Origin: Podarcis filfolensis
Lineage: Eukaryota
Assembly: GCA_964270895.1 (NCBI GenBank)
Contig: OZ185450.1
Length of the DNA: 64,000 nt
Reading direction: 5' to 3' (one strand)
Shown: in pieces, positions 52,676 to 63,831 of the stretch
Layout: every line of letters begins with the position of its first letter
Position numbering within the stretch: position 1 is the first letter of the stretch
Notes under the pieces: model-generated
Seen by the model: only the letters and a program-made list of their open reading frames with translations
Database searches by the model: none
What the model was told of the DNA's origin: nothing
Program-made: the position numbers and the translations under genes

Positions 52676-54245
52676 ATTTCAAATTATTCTGATACTGCGT
52701 GAAGCAGGTTGTCTCAAGATATGGCAAAGAGAAATTTCCAAATTTCTGTGGGAAGGGAATAAACCTAGGATTAAACACCTGATCTTAATAGACATAAAAG
52801 AGAGAGGAGGCTTTTCCCTACCCGACCTAAAACTTTACTACGAGGCAGCCTGTTTCACCTGGCTAAAAGATTGGTGCACGTTGCAGGATCCGGATCTCCT
52901 GGACCTGGAAGGTTTTGATAACCGTTGGGGATGGCACGCCTACCTAATATATGGAAAAGCGAAAATTCATAAAAATTTTACCAACCATATAATAAGAAAG
53001 TCACTCTTTGCTGTATGGGAAAAATATAAAGACCTGATGGAGCCTAAAGTCCCGTGGTGGACTTCTCCAGTAGAAGCCATAGCAGTAAAACGGAAAAATA
53101 CTCAGGAAAGCTGGCCAACATATAAAATACTTCTAAAAAATGAAGATAACCAAATAAAATTTTAAAAAATTGAGGAAATAAGAGAACACATTGCGGACTG
53201 GTTCCAAAACCATCAGTTATTTGAAAAATTTAAATCTGACAAACAAAAGGGGTTTTCAGTAGAAATTTCCCGATTCGAATCTGATCTTGTAAATTCTAAA
53301 AGAAAAACTCTTTCCAAAACTTACCGACTCCTCCTTGACTGGACAGTCAAGGCGGAGGAGGTAACAGTGGCAATGGTGAGGTGGTCCTAGGATTTTGGCC
53401 ATTCAATAACCATGGCCCAATGGAAAAATTTATGGAAGATCAATTGGAAATTCACAAACTGTTACACGATTAGAGAGAACTTTCAAAAAATGCAACATCG
53501 ATGGTATCTAACACCATGGAAACTTTCAAAAATGTATAAAAATGTGTCAAGTAATTGTTGGAGATGCGGAGACTCAGGAACATTCTACCATATGTGGTGG
53601 ACATGTAGGAAAATACAGGTATTCTGGGAGAGTATACATGCAGAACTGCAAAAACTGCTAAAGATCTCTTTCAATAAAAAACCAGAGGCCTACCTCCTGG
53701 GAATAACAGATTTGGATATTCCACAAAAGAGGAAGGGTATCTTTTTATATGCGACGGCGGCAGCAAGAGTTTTGATCGCAGCAAAATGGAAGAGTAATGA
53801 AATCCCCTTTATACAAGATTGGATCCAAAAGCTGACAGAATATGCCGAATTAGATGGTTTATCAGAAAAAAATAAAGAATAAATCAAAACAGGAATTTGT
53901 TTCTAAATGGGAGGTTTTCAAAGAATATCTGAAAAATAAATATAGTAGTTTAAATTCTGTTGCAGCATTCGAGGAACTTCAGTAATAGTTGCTAGGTAGA
54001 TAGAAGAAATTAGATTTATTGAGAATAAGTTTCATTATGAAAAAATGTGTATTGGCAATAAGTAATATGAATTTGAAATATGGAATAGACGGGAAGTTGG
54101 GTCTTTAGTGTTAAGACCAATAGATGTTTTATTGCTTGCCAAGAAAATTATGTGTCTATGATTATTTTTGTAATTTGTGTGTAATTTGGGATTTGTGTTT
54201 TGTGTGTGTTTTTTTTCTTCTTGTATAAATAAATATTTTTAAAAA
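52676..54245 (+). mobile_element. 5'-truncated L1-clade LINE (ORF2 C-terminus + 3'UTR), relatively young
   Basis: ORFs 52629-53165 and 53412-53882 encode ...SKFLWEGNKPRIK...KERGGFSLPDLKLYYEAA... and the CWRCGDSGTFYHMWWTC zinc-knuckle. Disrupted by a frameshift near 53160 and a stop near 53389. AATAAA near 54228 precedes a short A tail. 18-bp direct repeat agaaacttctaaattttt at 52658-52675 and 54246-54263. Confidence 0.92.
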
Positions 54246-54267
54246 AGAAACTTCTAAATTTTTTAAC

Positions 54268-54329
54268 ATATGGATTTATAACTGCTACATATGGATTTAT
54301 AGCTGCTACATATGGATTTATAACTGCTA
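54268..54329. repeat. 21-bp tandem repeat x3 (catatggatttataactgcta)
   Basis: Three near-identical copies visible. Confidence 0.9.
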
Positions 54330-55459
54330 CTTTGTTCTTGCATCCTAGGTTTCTTTTGTACTTAATTTTCCAAAATTTTCCAAAAGGTTTATCTAAAACC
54401 TTCTTGACTACAAACTTTGTTTAACTTTTTAAATTTAAATTTTTAAATTTAAAGAATAGAAATGGGCGGCATTCAAGATTCTAGCAAAGACCCCATGACC
54501 AACACAAAAATGCCTTTGGGGCAACAGGCATATAGTAACACACCTGTAGCAAAATAATCAAAGGTATAAACACATCCCCTGAGCTGGGTTGTTGTCAATT
54601 ATATGACTGAACCTCTAGAAAAGCTCTGCAATTAACAGATGGTATATCAAGAAATATGAACATGACTATGTTTATGTGAGGGTTTCATTTTATTTTCTCC
54701 CTCTGGGTGTCCAGCCAAGTTTCCTGTAGCTATGTGAAAATGTACAATCTGCACTAGCATTTAAAATGCAACAGACAAAATCCTGCTCTGCTGCTACATT
54801 AATTGCACTGTATTTCATTAAATCCACAGGTACAGTTCTTCAACAAGTATTTATTATGCCAGGGTGGACTGACTTAAAATCAAGCCTGTATAAAAAAAGG
54901 GCTTTAAATTATTATATTCATTGCCAAAAAAGGGCGAATTTACATGCTACATATACTTTTTAAAAATGTGAATACTTCCTTAAAGAGAAATGTTTGCTAT
55001 AAGAATACATTCCTTGAAAACTGAATAAAGCTTTCATAAAACCTCGAAGGGATACACTATATTTCTTAAATATTCAACTTAGTGGTTTTCCATTTTAGAA
55101 AAATGTTATATAATACACTGCATAATGTTCATGATAATCTCACATATCACACATACATCATGAGAACAGCCCTCTGTACTCCCTGCCAAAATTAAACTCA
55201 ACAATAAGCAAGGGCTGGAGTAGTTATTGGATAAATACATGTTCTTTGGTAGACAGAGCTATAAATATTTTCACTTATGATACTGACAGCCAGCTGCAGA
55301 GAACAAGCATTTATAAAGCATAAAACAGAAGCAAAAGGTCACCCACAGGTATTGGTGGGCAATGCCCACTGTGACTTGCCCTAATATTAACCCTTAATAC
55401 AAGCACATGAATGGCTGTGCTATGTAGCGATCAATAAGGTGTTAATGGTGCAAATTAAG

Positions 55460-55570
55460 CGCTCACATTTGCTTTCTCTCATCCTAAACTGCACAATAGG
55501 GCTGTTGTGATGATAAAGTGGGATAACCCCATGAACATATCCTTGAGCACCATGGAGGAAGAAAGAACTA
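55460..55570 (+). mobile_element. MIR-like CORE SINE fragment
   Basis: ctctcatcctaaactgcacaatagggctgttgtgatgataaagtgggataacccc...gagcaccatggaggaagaaag. Confidence 0.55.
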
Positions 55571-56300
55571 AAAAGCAGGGTATGTTTTTCAACAGAATCT
55601 CATGGTACAGTCATTCGTGGACTGCATTACTTAAGTACTGTAGAATGAGGAAGCCGATGTTTGCTCCTCCACATACAAATCTTCCCTGGCTGTACAAAAG
55701 ATAGTACATAGGGAAAGACTGATGGGATAAAATTAGGGGCCAGCTCAACCTGTTAAGATTACAGGGAGGAACATCCACAAGCGTAATCCACTGCCCGCAC
55801 CTGTAATTCAAGTGCTTGAAGTACTTCAATCCATAAAAAGACCCTCCAACTATGTGATTTTGTCGAACGTTAACTCAGCCATCAGTAATTGTGTAAACCC
55901 AGATATGTACAAACATTTCTGACCTAAGTACAGCGCTAAAACCAAACCAAGCTCAGTGTGAATGCACTAAGATTCCCTAGAAAGGAGATTTACAAACACA
56001 TTGCTAGCAGCACAAAATTCTTAAGAACTAGCTGTTGACTACATTGCATACATTGATGAGTTGTTGGGAAAGAGAATCTCGTTGGTAACAGGGGCAGGGC
56101 ATGTGCAAATACACCCCCAGCTTCAATAATATATATATTTAGTAAGGTCCAGTTGTGGCCGACTCTGGGGTTGCGGCGCTCATCTCGCTTTATTGGCCGA
56201 GGGAGCCGGCATACAGCTTCCGGGTCATGTGGCCAGCATGACTAAGCTGCTTCTGGCGAACCAGAGCAGCGCACGGAAACGCTGGAGTGGTACCTATTTA

Positions 56301-57523
56301 CCGTATTTTTCGTCCCATAGGACGCTCCGTCCCATAGGATGCACCTACTTTTTTGGTGGGGAAATAAAGGAAAAAATTTTCCCCTTTATTTCCCCCCAAA
56401 AAACAGGTCGGGGAACAGTGGAATGGCGGCGCTGCGCCTCCCCGCTGTCCCCCGAGCTTGTGGGGCTGGCCGATGTCTGCCCGGCGCGAGGGACGCTCTG
56501 CTTCAGGGTGCCCTACGCGCCGGGCGGCAGGCTGCGGACACCTGCGCGAAGCACGGGGCGTCCTCTGGAGGGCGCCCCATGCTCCGCGCTGCAGGCTGCC
56601 GCCCGCAAGCCTTGCGCTCCCGGGGGGAGTTCCCCCCGGTGCGCAAGGCTTGCCGACACCTGCGCGAAGCACGGGGCGTCCTCCAAAGGGCGCCCCGTGC
56701 TCCGCGCTGCAGGCTGCCGCCGGCAAGCTGTGTGCACCGAGAGGGAGCTCCCCCGGGCGCGCAAGGCTTGCGGACACCTGCGCGAAGCACGGGACATCCT
56801 CCGGAGGGCGCCCCGTGCTCTGCGCTGCAGGCTGCCGCCCGCAAGCCGGGCCCACCCTGGGGGATCTCCCCCCGGGCGCGCAAGGCTTGCAGACACCTGC
56901 GCGAAGCACGGGGCGTCCTCTGAAGGGCGCCCCATGCTCCGTGCTGCAGGCTACCGCCCGCAAGCCTTGCGCCCCAGGGGGGAGTTCCCCCCGGTGCGCA
57001 AGGCTTGCCGACACCTGCGCGAAGCACGGGGCGTCCTCCAAAGGGCGCCCCGTGGTCCGCGCTGCAGGCTGCTGCCCGCAAGCCTTACGCGCCTGGGGGG
57101 AGTTCCCCCCGGTGCGCAAGGCTTGCTGACACCTGCATGAAGCACGGGGCGTCCTCTGAAGGGCGCCCCGTGCTCCGCGCTGCAGGCTGCCGCCCACAAG
57201 CTGTGTGCACCGAGGGGGTGCTCCCCCGGGTGTGCAAGGCTTGCCGACACCTGCGCGAAGCACGGGGCGTCCTCTGGAGGGTGCCCCGTGCTCCGCGCTG
57301 CAGGCTGCCGCCTGCAAGCCTTGCGCCTGGGGGAACTCCCCCCGGGCGTGCAAGGCTTGCGGATAGCTTCCTGGAGCCTGGAGAGCGAGAGGTTTCGGTG
57401 CGCACCGACGCCTCTCGCTCTCCAGGCTTCAGCGAAAGCCTGCATTCGCCCCATAGGACGCACACACATTTCCCCTTCATTTTTGGAGGGGAAAAAGTGC
57501 GTCCTATAGGGCGAGAAATACGG
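56301..57523. mobile_element. Tc1/mariner superfamily (Tc2/pogo-like, CCGTATTT ends) non-autonomous element, 1223 bp
   Basis: TA|ccgtatttttcgtcccataggacgc ... gtgcgtcctatagggcgagaaatacgg|TA; imperfect ~25-bp TIR with subterminal cccataggacgcac repeats; no transposase. Confidence 0.9.
56537..57362. repeat. GC/CpG-rich minisatellite, seven ~118-bp self-complementary units, inside the MITE
   Basis: gacacctgc motif starts at 56537, 56655, 56773, 56892, 57010, 57128 and 57246. Confidence 0.95.
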
Positions 57524-57726
57524 TATCTACTTGCACTTTGACGTGCTTTCAAACTGCTAGGTTGGCAGGAGCATGGACTGAGCAATGGGAGCTCACCGCA
57601 TCACGGGGATTCGAACCGCCGACCTTCTGATCGGCAAGTCCTAGGCTCTGTGGTTTAACCCACAGCACCACCCGCGTCCCTAGATATATATATTTAGTGG
57701 GGGCTAAAAAGTACATATAGAGGTTG

Positions 57727-57870
57727 GAGGCAGTATTGCTTCTGAATACCATTTGCTAGAAACCACAGTGGTGGGGCAGGGGTTGTAGTGCTCTTGTGCT
57801 AGGTTCCTGCCTGCAGGTTTCCCACAGGCATCTGGTTGGCAACTGTGGGAACAGAATGTTGGACTAGATG
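57727..57870 (+). mobile_element. CR1 3'UTR-type (or CR1-tailed SINE) fragment
   Basis: gaggcagtattgcttctgaatacc...gtgctcttgtgctagg...ttcccacaggcatctggttggcaactgtgggaacagaatgttggactagatg; homologous to 60224-60392. Confidence 0.7.
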
Positions 57871-58022
57871 CAACCAGGTTTAAGGTGATGGATGCCGACC
57901 TCTGGGCAAATGATTTTGTAACCTTGCAATTCACTGGAGGGAAAATATTGCTGCAAAATTATGAGGTCTTGGCACCAACTTTCACTTGCTACATATTGCT
58001 CTTCATCTCAGAAATGAAAGTA

Positions 58023-58243
58023 CAGTGATACCTTGGTTTACAACCATAATCTGTTCCAGAGGTCTGGCTGTAAACCAAAACAGGTTGTAACCCAAGGCAC
58101 GCTTTCGCCAATGGGGCCTTCCCCCCCCCAAAAAAAGGGTTGTAATAATAAAAAAGGGGATTGTAGTCCAAAAAAAGGGACACGCACTTCAGGGTTTGAT
58201 GTGGTTGTAATCCAAAACAGTTGTAATCCCCAAGGTACCACAG
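58023..58243. mobile_element. Tc1/mariner (Tigger-like) MITE
   Basis: TA|cagtgataccttgg ... ccaaggtaccacag|TA; internal repeated ggttgtaa motifs. Confidence 0.85.
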
Positions 58244-60223
58244 TACAGCATGGCAGAAGAATCCCAAAAGGCTCTACATAAGAGAAAGAAGATAACCAGA
58301 AATCTATGAAGCTAAAGTGCTATTCTCAATTATTGGAGAAACTGCCCAGAGAACCTTATCTTTTCTGAACCTTCTACAGATGCTACCCACACTCCCCCCC
58401 CAATAGAATTGGGCAGCTTGAAACCTGATTTGACTGTTTTGACCACATATGCAAGCTAGAACTCAGTGGAAGTTAAATTCTGGACTAGATATGCAGAATG
58501 CAGACCATTTCACATTTGCTCCCTGGACTGCTAACAAGCAACTGATACCACTGCTTGGATGCAACAGGAGAAACAAATCCACCACCTATTAATTTCTGCT
58601 GGCGACAAATCAACAGGCTGTGATGAATGCTGCACAAGGTACCTTGGCCTCAAGCCAAGCCGTTCCTCACCCCTCAAAGTAAGGTAGTCACTAGATCCTT
58701 TATGAAGAGAAAGAAAGCTATTTCAAACAGGGTTCTATTACTGACAGCTGCAGTGGTCATTACAGTTCCAGCCTGAGGGTGCAATCCAGTGCAGTTAAGT
58801 CCTGTTGCTTTCGGCAGGAATTCAACATGATTAACTCTGCTCTGGGATTTCAGTATCAATAACCTCAACAGAATATTTGGTCTGGGAGAAGTCTGGGGAT
58901 ATTCTAAGTCAACAGTCTTCAGCCTTTTGAGATTCAGAGCCTTGACCCCAAACTGCAACAACGGTCTTGCTATTTATTACATATTACTCCATATCCTTTA
59001 CTTCATCTGCTCTCTCTGCCACTCTCTCTACCATTTCCCCTCCATGCCTTTTCCTTCTTTTGTCTCCCACATACACACTAAAAGGTGGTTGGTGGCTTTC
59101 TCCAGGAATCTGCAGGACACAGCTAGGCACTATTATTCTAAAACCATACACGTTTAAGTACGGGTGTTAACTTACTAGTTAGACAGTGATTGTGTTCAGA
59201 AACCACAACACACTCTCCCAGCATAGCCTAAACCATGGTTTATTTAAGCAAGCCTACTTTAAAAGCCACGGTTTGAAACTGCCTTATTGCAAATAAGCCA
59301 TAGTTAATATTAACCACAGTTTGTCGGGTTTGAACAACATAAGCTGCAGTAAACTGAGAATTGAAGTGAAAACTTTCAAATTCCTCCTCATGGCCGTGGC
59401 AGAGAAGGAGGAGTGTGCAAGACTGTGGGGAAGCTAGACTTCTTCCTCTCGTGATAAATCATGCTTTACTGTAAAATCCAAATGTAGTTTGTGTGTCTGA
59501 GTTGACATGGGAGGGTGATACTGGGCTGGAGGGTTCAAAGGTCTGACTCAGTATAGTCTGACATGTTCAAAAGCTGACAAGCACATATTTCAGATGTAAG
59601 GGGCATGCCAGATATATATAAATCCCCACCTTCAATCGCAGATTATATCAGCATAGGTAAAGAAAGGAAACATTAATTCCCTAAACTCTAGGTGTTTTTC
59701 ATTACCAAGTCTTCCAGAGAAACAAAATCCAGATGACAAGGTTTGGCACAAAATATTATTTTTCCATCTGCACACAAATGTCTGTTAACACCATACCTCT
59801 TATTAACGTTATTCATTTGTTTGTGGAGCAATGCAGCAGACAGATTACCCATACCATTGCCATGATATATCAGTCATATGTCTATCATATGACAGGTCAG
59901 GCTACCTGTTTTGTTTTGTTTTTTTCATAAGAAAGGAGTGCATTTTCATGTGCTTCAAGCAGCAAGTCATGTCTGGGCTGAATACCATGTACAGAACGTG
60001 CTGTACAGACCTAGTCAAGTTATTATCTCTCAGCCCCTCTTTGGTAATACAGGGATAATAATACTGGTCTACTTTACAAGGTCACTGTAAACATTATAAA
60101 AGAATGCGGAGCATTTTAAACACACAGGTAAAAATTTTATAGGAATTACATTTTCATATTCTCGTCCTTATTATTGTTGTTGTTTCGAATCAATTTAACC
60201 AATCAATCAAAGCAAATCAATTT

Positions 60224-60392
60224 AGAGGCAGTAATGCTTCTGAAAACCGGTTGTTGAAAACCATGGGAGGGGAAAGTGCTCTTGTGCTCATATTCCGCTC
60301 TCGATGCTTTCCCACAGGCAACTGGGCCACTGTGAGAACAGGATGCTGGACTCGAAGGGCCATTGGCCTGATCCAGCAGCCTATTCTTCTCT
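60224..60392 (+). mobile_element. CR1 3'UTR-type (or CR1-tailed SINE) fragment
   Basis: gaggcagtaatgcttctgaaaacc...gtgagaacaggatgctggactcgaagggccattggcctgatccagcag. Confidence 0.72.
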
Positions 60393-61272
60393 TGCCCTTC
60401 TTCCATAAGGAGCCAGATGTGTTTAATGTATGCTCCTTCACCTTTTAAGAAGTAAAATAAAACCCCCTCCCTCTAAATAAACAGGCTCCTTAGCACAAGA
60501 TTGCTATCCTATGCAGATGACTCCATAGTAAGTGCTAATGAACTCAGTGTGACTTACTTCTGAATAGACATGCTCTAGGATTTTGTGGTGCAGCAGAAAC
60601 AGTATCTATGTTCCTATAATGAAAAGAGCTAAGTGCACCCCCAATTAAGAATAAAATACACCATTCGAAATTTGAAACTACGCTAGGAAAGTAGGTAAAT
60701 CAAGGCAGTTCCTCGTACCAATTATGTGGCCCAATTCTGCACCCCAGATTATGCATGAATTTTCTACTGATCAAAACAGGACTTGGGGGGGGGAGGGTGT
60801 TAGGCACACCAGGGCCCAATTCCCGTAAGGCTCTTTGGCTCGAAGTAATCAGAGGTTACAATTAGGGGGGAAGTGTGCCTGCCAGTACAGCACGTAATGT
60901 TTCAAAATACTTGCCTCTTATCATCATTATATGCCAACAGGCAACAGTAACCAGAAATACAACTGCCTGCTCCTCCAACACACAACCCCAAAAGTATCCT
61001 TCGTAATCTCTCAGACAAAGGCCTTGGAGCTACGGGAGCTCAGCCAGGGAAACAAGAAACCAGAATAGCATGAACATGTAGTAACCTCAACGTACATGTT
61101 CTCTTCTTACCACATCCCCCCCCACCCCGTCTCACCTTTTACTGTCTCCTGCCTTCTGTTCTTTTATCCAACTGTCTCCTGAATAATTTTTTTCTGCCTG
61201 TGAGATTTCTCTGCTCTTTCCCTTCTATCCACCTTTTGCCAACACCGAGCCAAACCTTCACGTTTCTCAGAA

Positions 61273-61385
61273 CAGCCTTTGCCAATTTGGTACCCATCCG
61301 ATGTTTTCTGGACCAGTTGTGCTGGCTGGGGCTGATGGGAGTTGTAGTCCAAAACAGCAGGAGGGCACCAGGTTAGCAACGGCTG
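61273..61385. mobile_element. Short palindromic MITE
   Basis: cagcctttgccaa / ttagcaacggctg ends; gctggctggggctgatgggagttgtagtccaaaaca core. Confidence 0.65.
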
Positions 61386-62821
61386 CATTGGCTGCCTTAG
61401 AACCTGAATCGGCCTACTCTCCTCCACTGCAGCCTCTCAGAGCACTGCCCACCAGGAGCAGCTGTCCAAGCTCCCCCTTTGAACATTTCAGATAACTTTT
61501 TCTTGGTTTGGCTCACTCTTGCCGTGCAAGGGGAGCGTGTGCATGTAGGTACGGGGCTGGATCCTCCACCCACCCTTGGCAGCATCACAAAAGTGGCTTT
61601 TTCATTGCTGTTTATTGTGTTGATGTCTCTCAGTTGAACAATACACACCATCCTTCCATTCTTGCTGTTGTGCAGTTCCTTTTCCATACTGGGGGAAGCT
61701 GGAAAAGTCATGTACTTTTCCCTTCTAAATGTTCCAGTTTATGGTTGTGTTAGGGTTAAATCCCAGACAATGCATGCAACTTTCTGGACGCTCCCTGCCT
61801 CTGGAGAGTGTTAGTACTGTATGTTTCCTTTCCCAATCCCAGCAAATATGTATTTATTCCTCTTTTTCTCTCCCTGCCACCCAACTTCAGCTCCTTCTGC
61901 TTGGTGTAAAATGATTTATTCCATGCACCCTTTCTCGTTTGTTCATCCTCTGGGGGCTGGGGGCTCCCTGCATGTGATTTTCTCACCCCCTCCCTGAAAG
62001 CTGGCTGCCCCACGACCTCTGTGCACTCCCACTGTATATTAAACTTGTTTTATGTGAAACAAGCAAATGAAAAACACTGCCAGCCAAATGCAGAAGGATC
62101 TCCAAATCTGGCTGGCAGTACTTTCCCAATAATGCACAAGTGAATTCATTTTTGACAATGCCCTAAACTGTAAGCTAGTGAAAAATGTCATATTCGGTTT
62201 GGGTTCTAGTGCAGCAGGGGAAGGAGCATCAATTTAGATGGCTATTGTTATTTTAAGCATTCTCCACAACTCATCATTAGCTGCTCAGCTATGTTTTGAA
62301 TATTGCCCTATTTTTGTTTAACTTGCTGCCAGTTTATCTGTAAGGAAGAGGTAATTTTGTTATATTACCACAAAGTTTTTTCTGGTTATTTTTTTTTAAT
62401 AAAAAGAATGGTTATGACCACTCTATAACACCTGTGTCAGCTTTGCTCAGTTTACACAGGTCTCTAATTATATATTTAACTAGAACATGAATGACCTAAT
62501 CCAGTCCGGCAATTGGCAAAGCTTGTGAAACAAAATGCATACATGAGACAGATCTCTGCCTGACCAGAGCTCTTTAAATCTGTCTTCTTCGCAACAGATT
62601 TCCTCTTTGCTTTGCCTCACTTTAGATTCTCTGTTCTGTTAAATCACAGCCTTTCTGCATCAGACTAGATATAGGTTCATACTGATGCTTTCTACACAGG
62701 GAAGCTGCACAGCCTCATGCCATAATGTCACCTGTGCTGATAAAGAATTGCCTCCTGAAAACCAGAGTGGGAAGCATCACAAAATTTGTTACATTTAGGT
62801 GACAAATTATCAACAGAGATA

Positions 62822-63064
62822 CAGTGGTATCTCGGGTTTACAAACTTAATCCGTTCCGGAAGCCCATTCTTAAACCGAAACCGTTCTTAAACCAAGGCGT
62901 GCCTTCCCTAATGAGGCCTCCCGCCCCCGGTGCCCTTCCACCGTTCGGCTTCCTTTCTTAGACCGAGGTAAAGTTCTCAAACCAAGACACTATTTCCGGT
63001 TTTGCGGAGTTTGTAAACTGAATCATTCTTAGAACAGGACTGTTCTTAAACCAAGGTACCACTG
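62822..63064. mobile_element. Tc1/mariner (Tigger-like) MITE
   Basis: TA|cagtggtatctcgg ... ccaaggtaccactg|TA, 243 bp; internal repeated ttcttaaacc motifs. Confidence 0.9.
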
Positions 63065-63149
63065 TATCCATGTACAGGCAGTCTAATGAACAGATTGTAG
63101 ACTTGTTTTTAAAATATCTGAAGCATTTATATCACTGTAACCTATAATC

Positions 63150-63470
63150 AGCAGAGAACCTGTTGGCAGTGCCAATGCTGGGTGCTGCCCAGAGACGGGG
63201 CCTTCTCAGCGGCAGCTCTCCATTAGAGGAATGCCTTCCCTGTCAAAGTATGTCTGTCTCCATCATTATTAACTTTCAGAAACATTCCTGATTACCTAGT
63301 GATTTGATGGCTGAAAGATACTGTTCCTGACAACGTTGATCTCAATTCAATGTGAGGGTGATTATTTTTAAGTGTGTTTTGATTTTATTTTTAATTGTAC
63401 TGTGTTATCACTTTTCTGCTGCCGTCCCAGATTCCTTAGGAGGAAGGGTGGGACATAAAATTATCATCAA
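63150..63470 (+). mobile_element. Old L2-type LINE 3' fragment
   Basis: cagagacggggccttctcagcggcagctctcc...ggaatgccttccct ... ttccttaggaggaagggtgggacataaaatt. Confidence 0.5.
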
Positions 63471-63630
63471 CATCATCATATCTATCTTTCAAGTTAACGT
63501 TTCACAACATTATTAATTTTTATTAAATTTGTATACTGCCCTTCATCTCAAGATCCAAGAGTGGTTATGACTAGCATGATCAATATTAATAATATAAAAT
63601 CAGCAAATCTTTTAGAAAATCACCATTTCA

Positions 63631-63831
63631 GGTATGTTTAGGATTGTAAATATAAACGTTTTTTGACACGTATGATTCATAACTTAGTATGCCATATCCA
63701 GCTACTATTTGGCTATACAATTCCATTGACCGGTATGTTTAGGATTGTAAATATAAACATTTTTTGACATGTATGATTCATAACTGAGTATGCCCTATCC
63801 AGCTACTATTTGGCTATACAATTCCATTGAC
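63631..63831. repeat. ~100-bp direct tandem duplication of unique-looking sequence
   Basis: ggtatgtttaggattgtaaatataaac...ggctatacaattccattgac at 63631-63730 and 63732-63831, with a few mismatches. Confidence 0.93.

Larger units (their letters stand above)
56144..57680 (-). mobile_element. Sauria SINE split in two (56144-56300 and 57524-57680) by a nested DNA transposon
   Basis: The left half ends ...ggtacctattTA and the right half resumes TAtctacttgcac; intact copies in this window read cctatttatctacttgcac. 15-bp TSD atatatatatttagt at 56129-56143 and 57684-57698. Confidence 0.95.

Noticed and set aside
56537-57362. CRISPR-like appearance (regular period, palindromic repeats)
   Set aside because: No unique spacers, since whole units are homologous; vertebrate intron context; no cas genes.
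56193-57585. Many long overlapping ORFs (up to 351 aa) on both strands
   Set aside because: They arise from a very GC-rich palindromic tandem repeat lacking stop codons; repetitive Ala/Arg/Gly/Pro translation, no transposase motifs.
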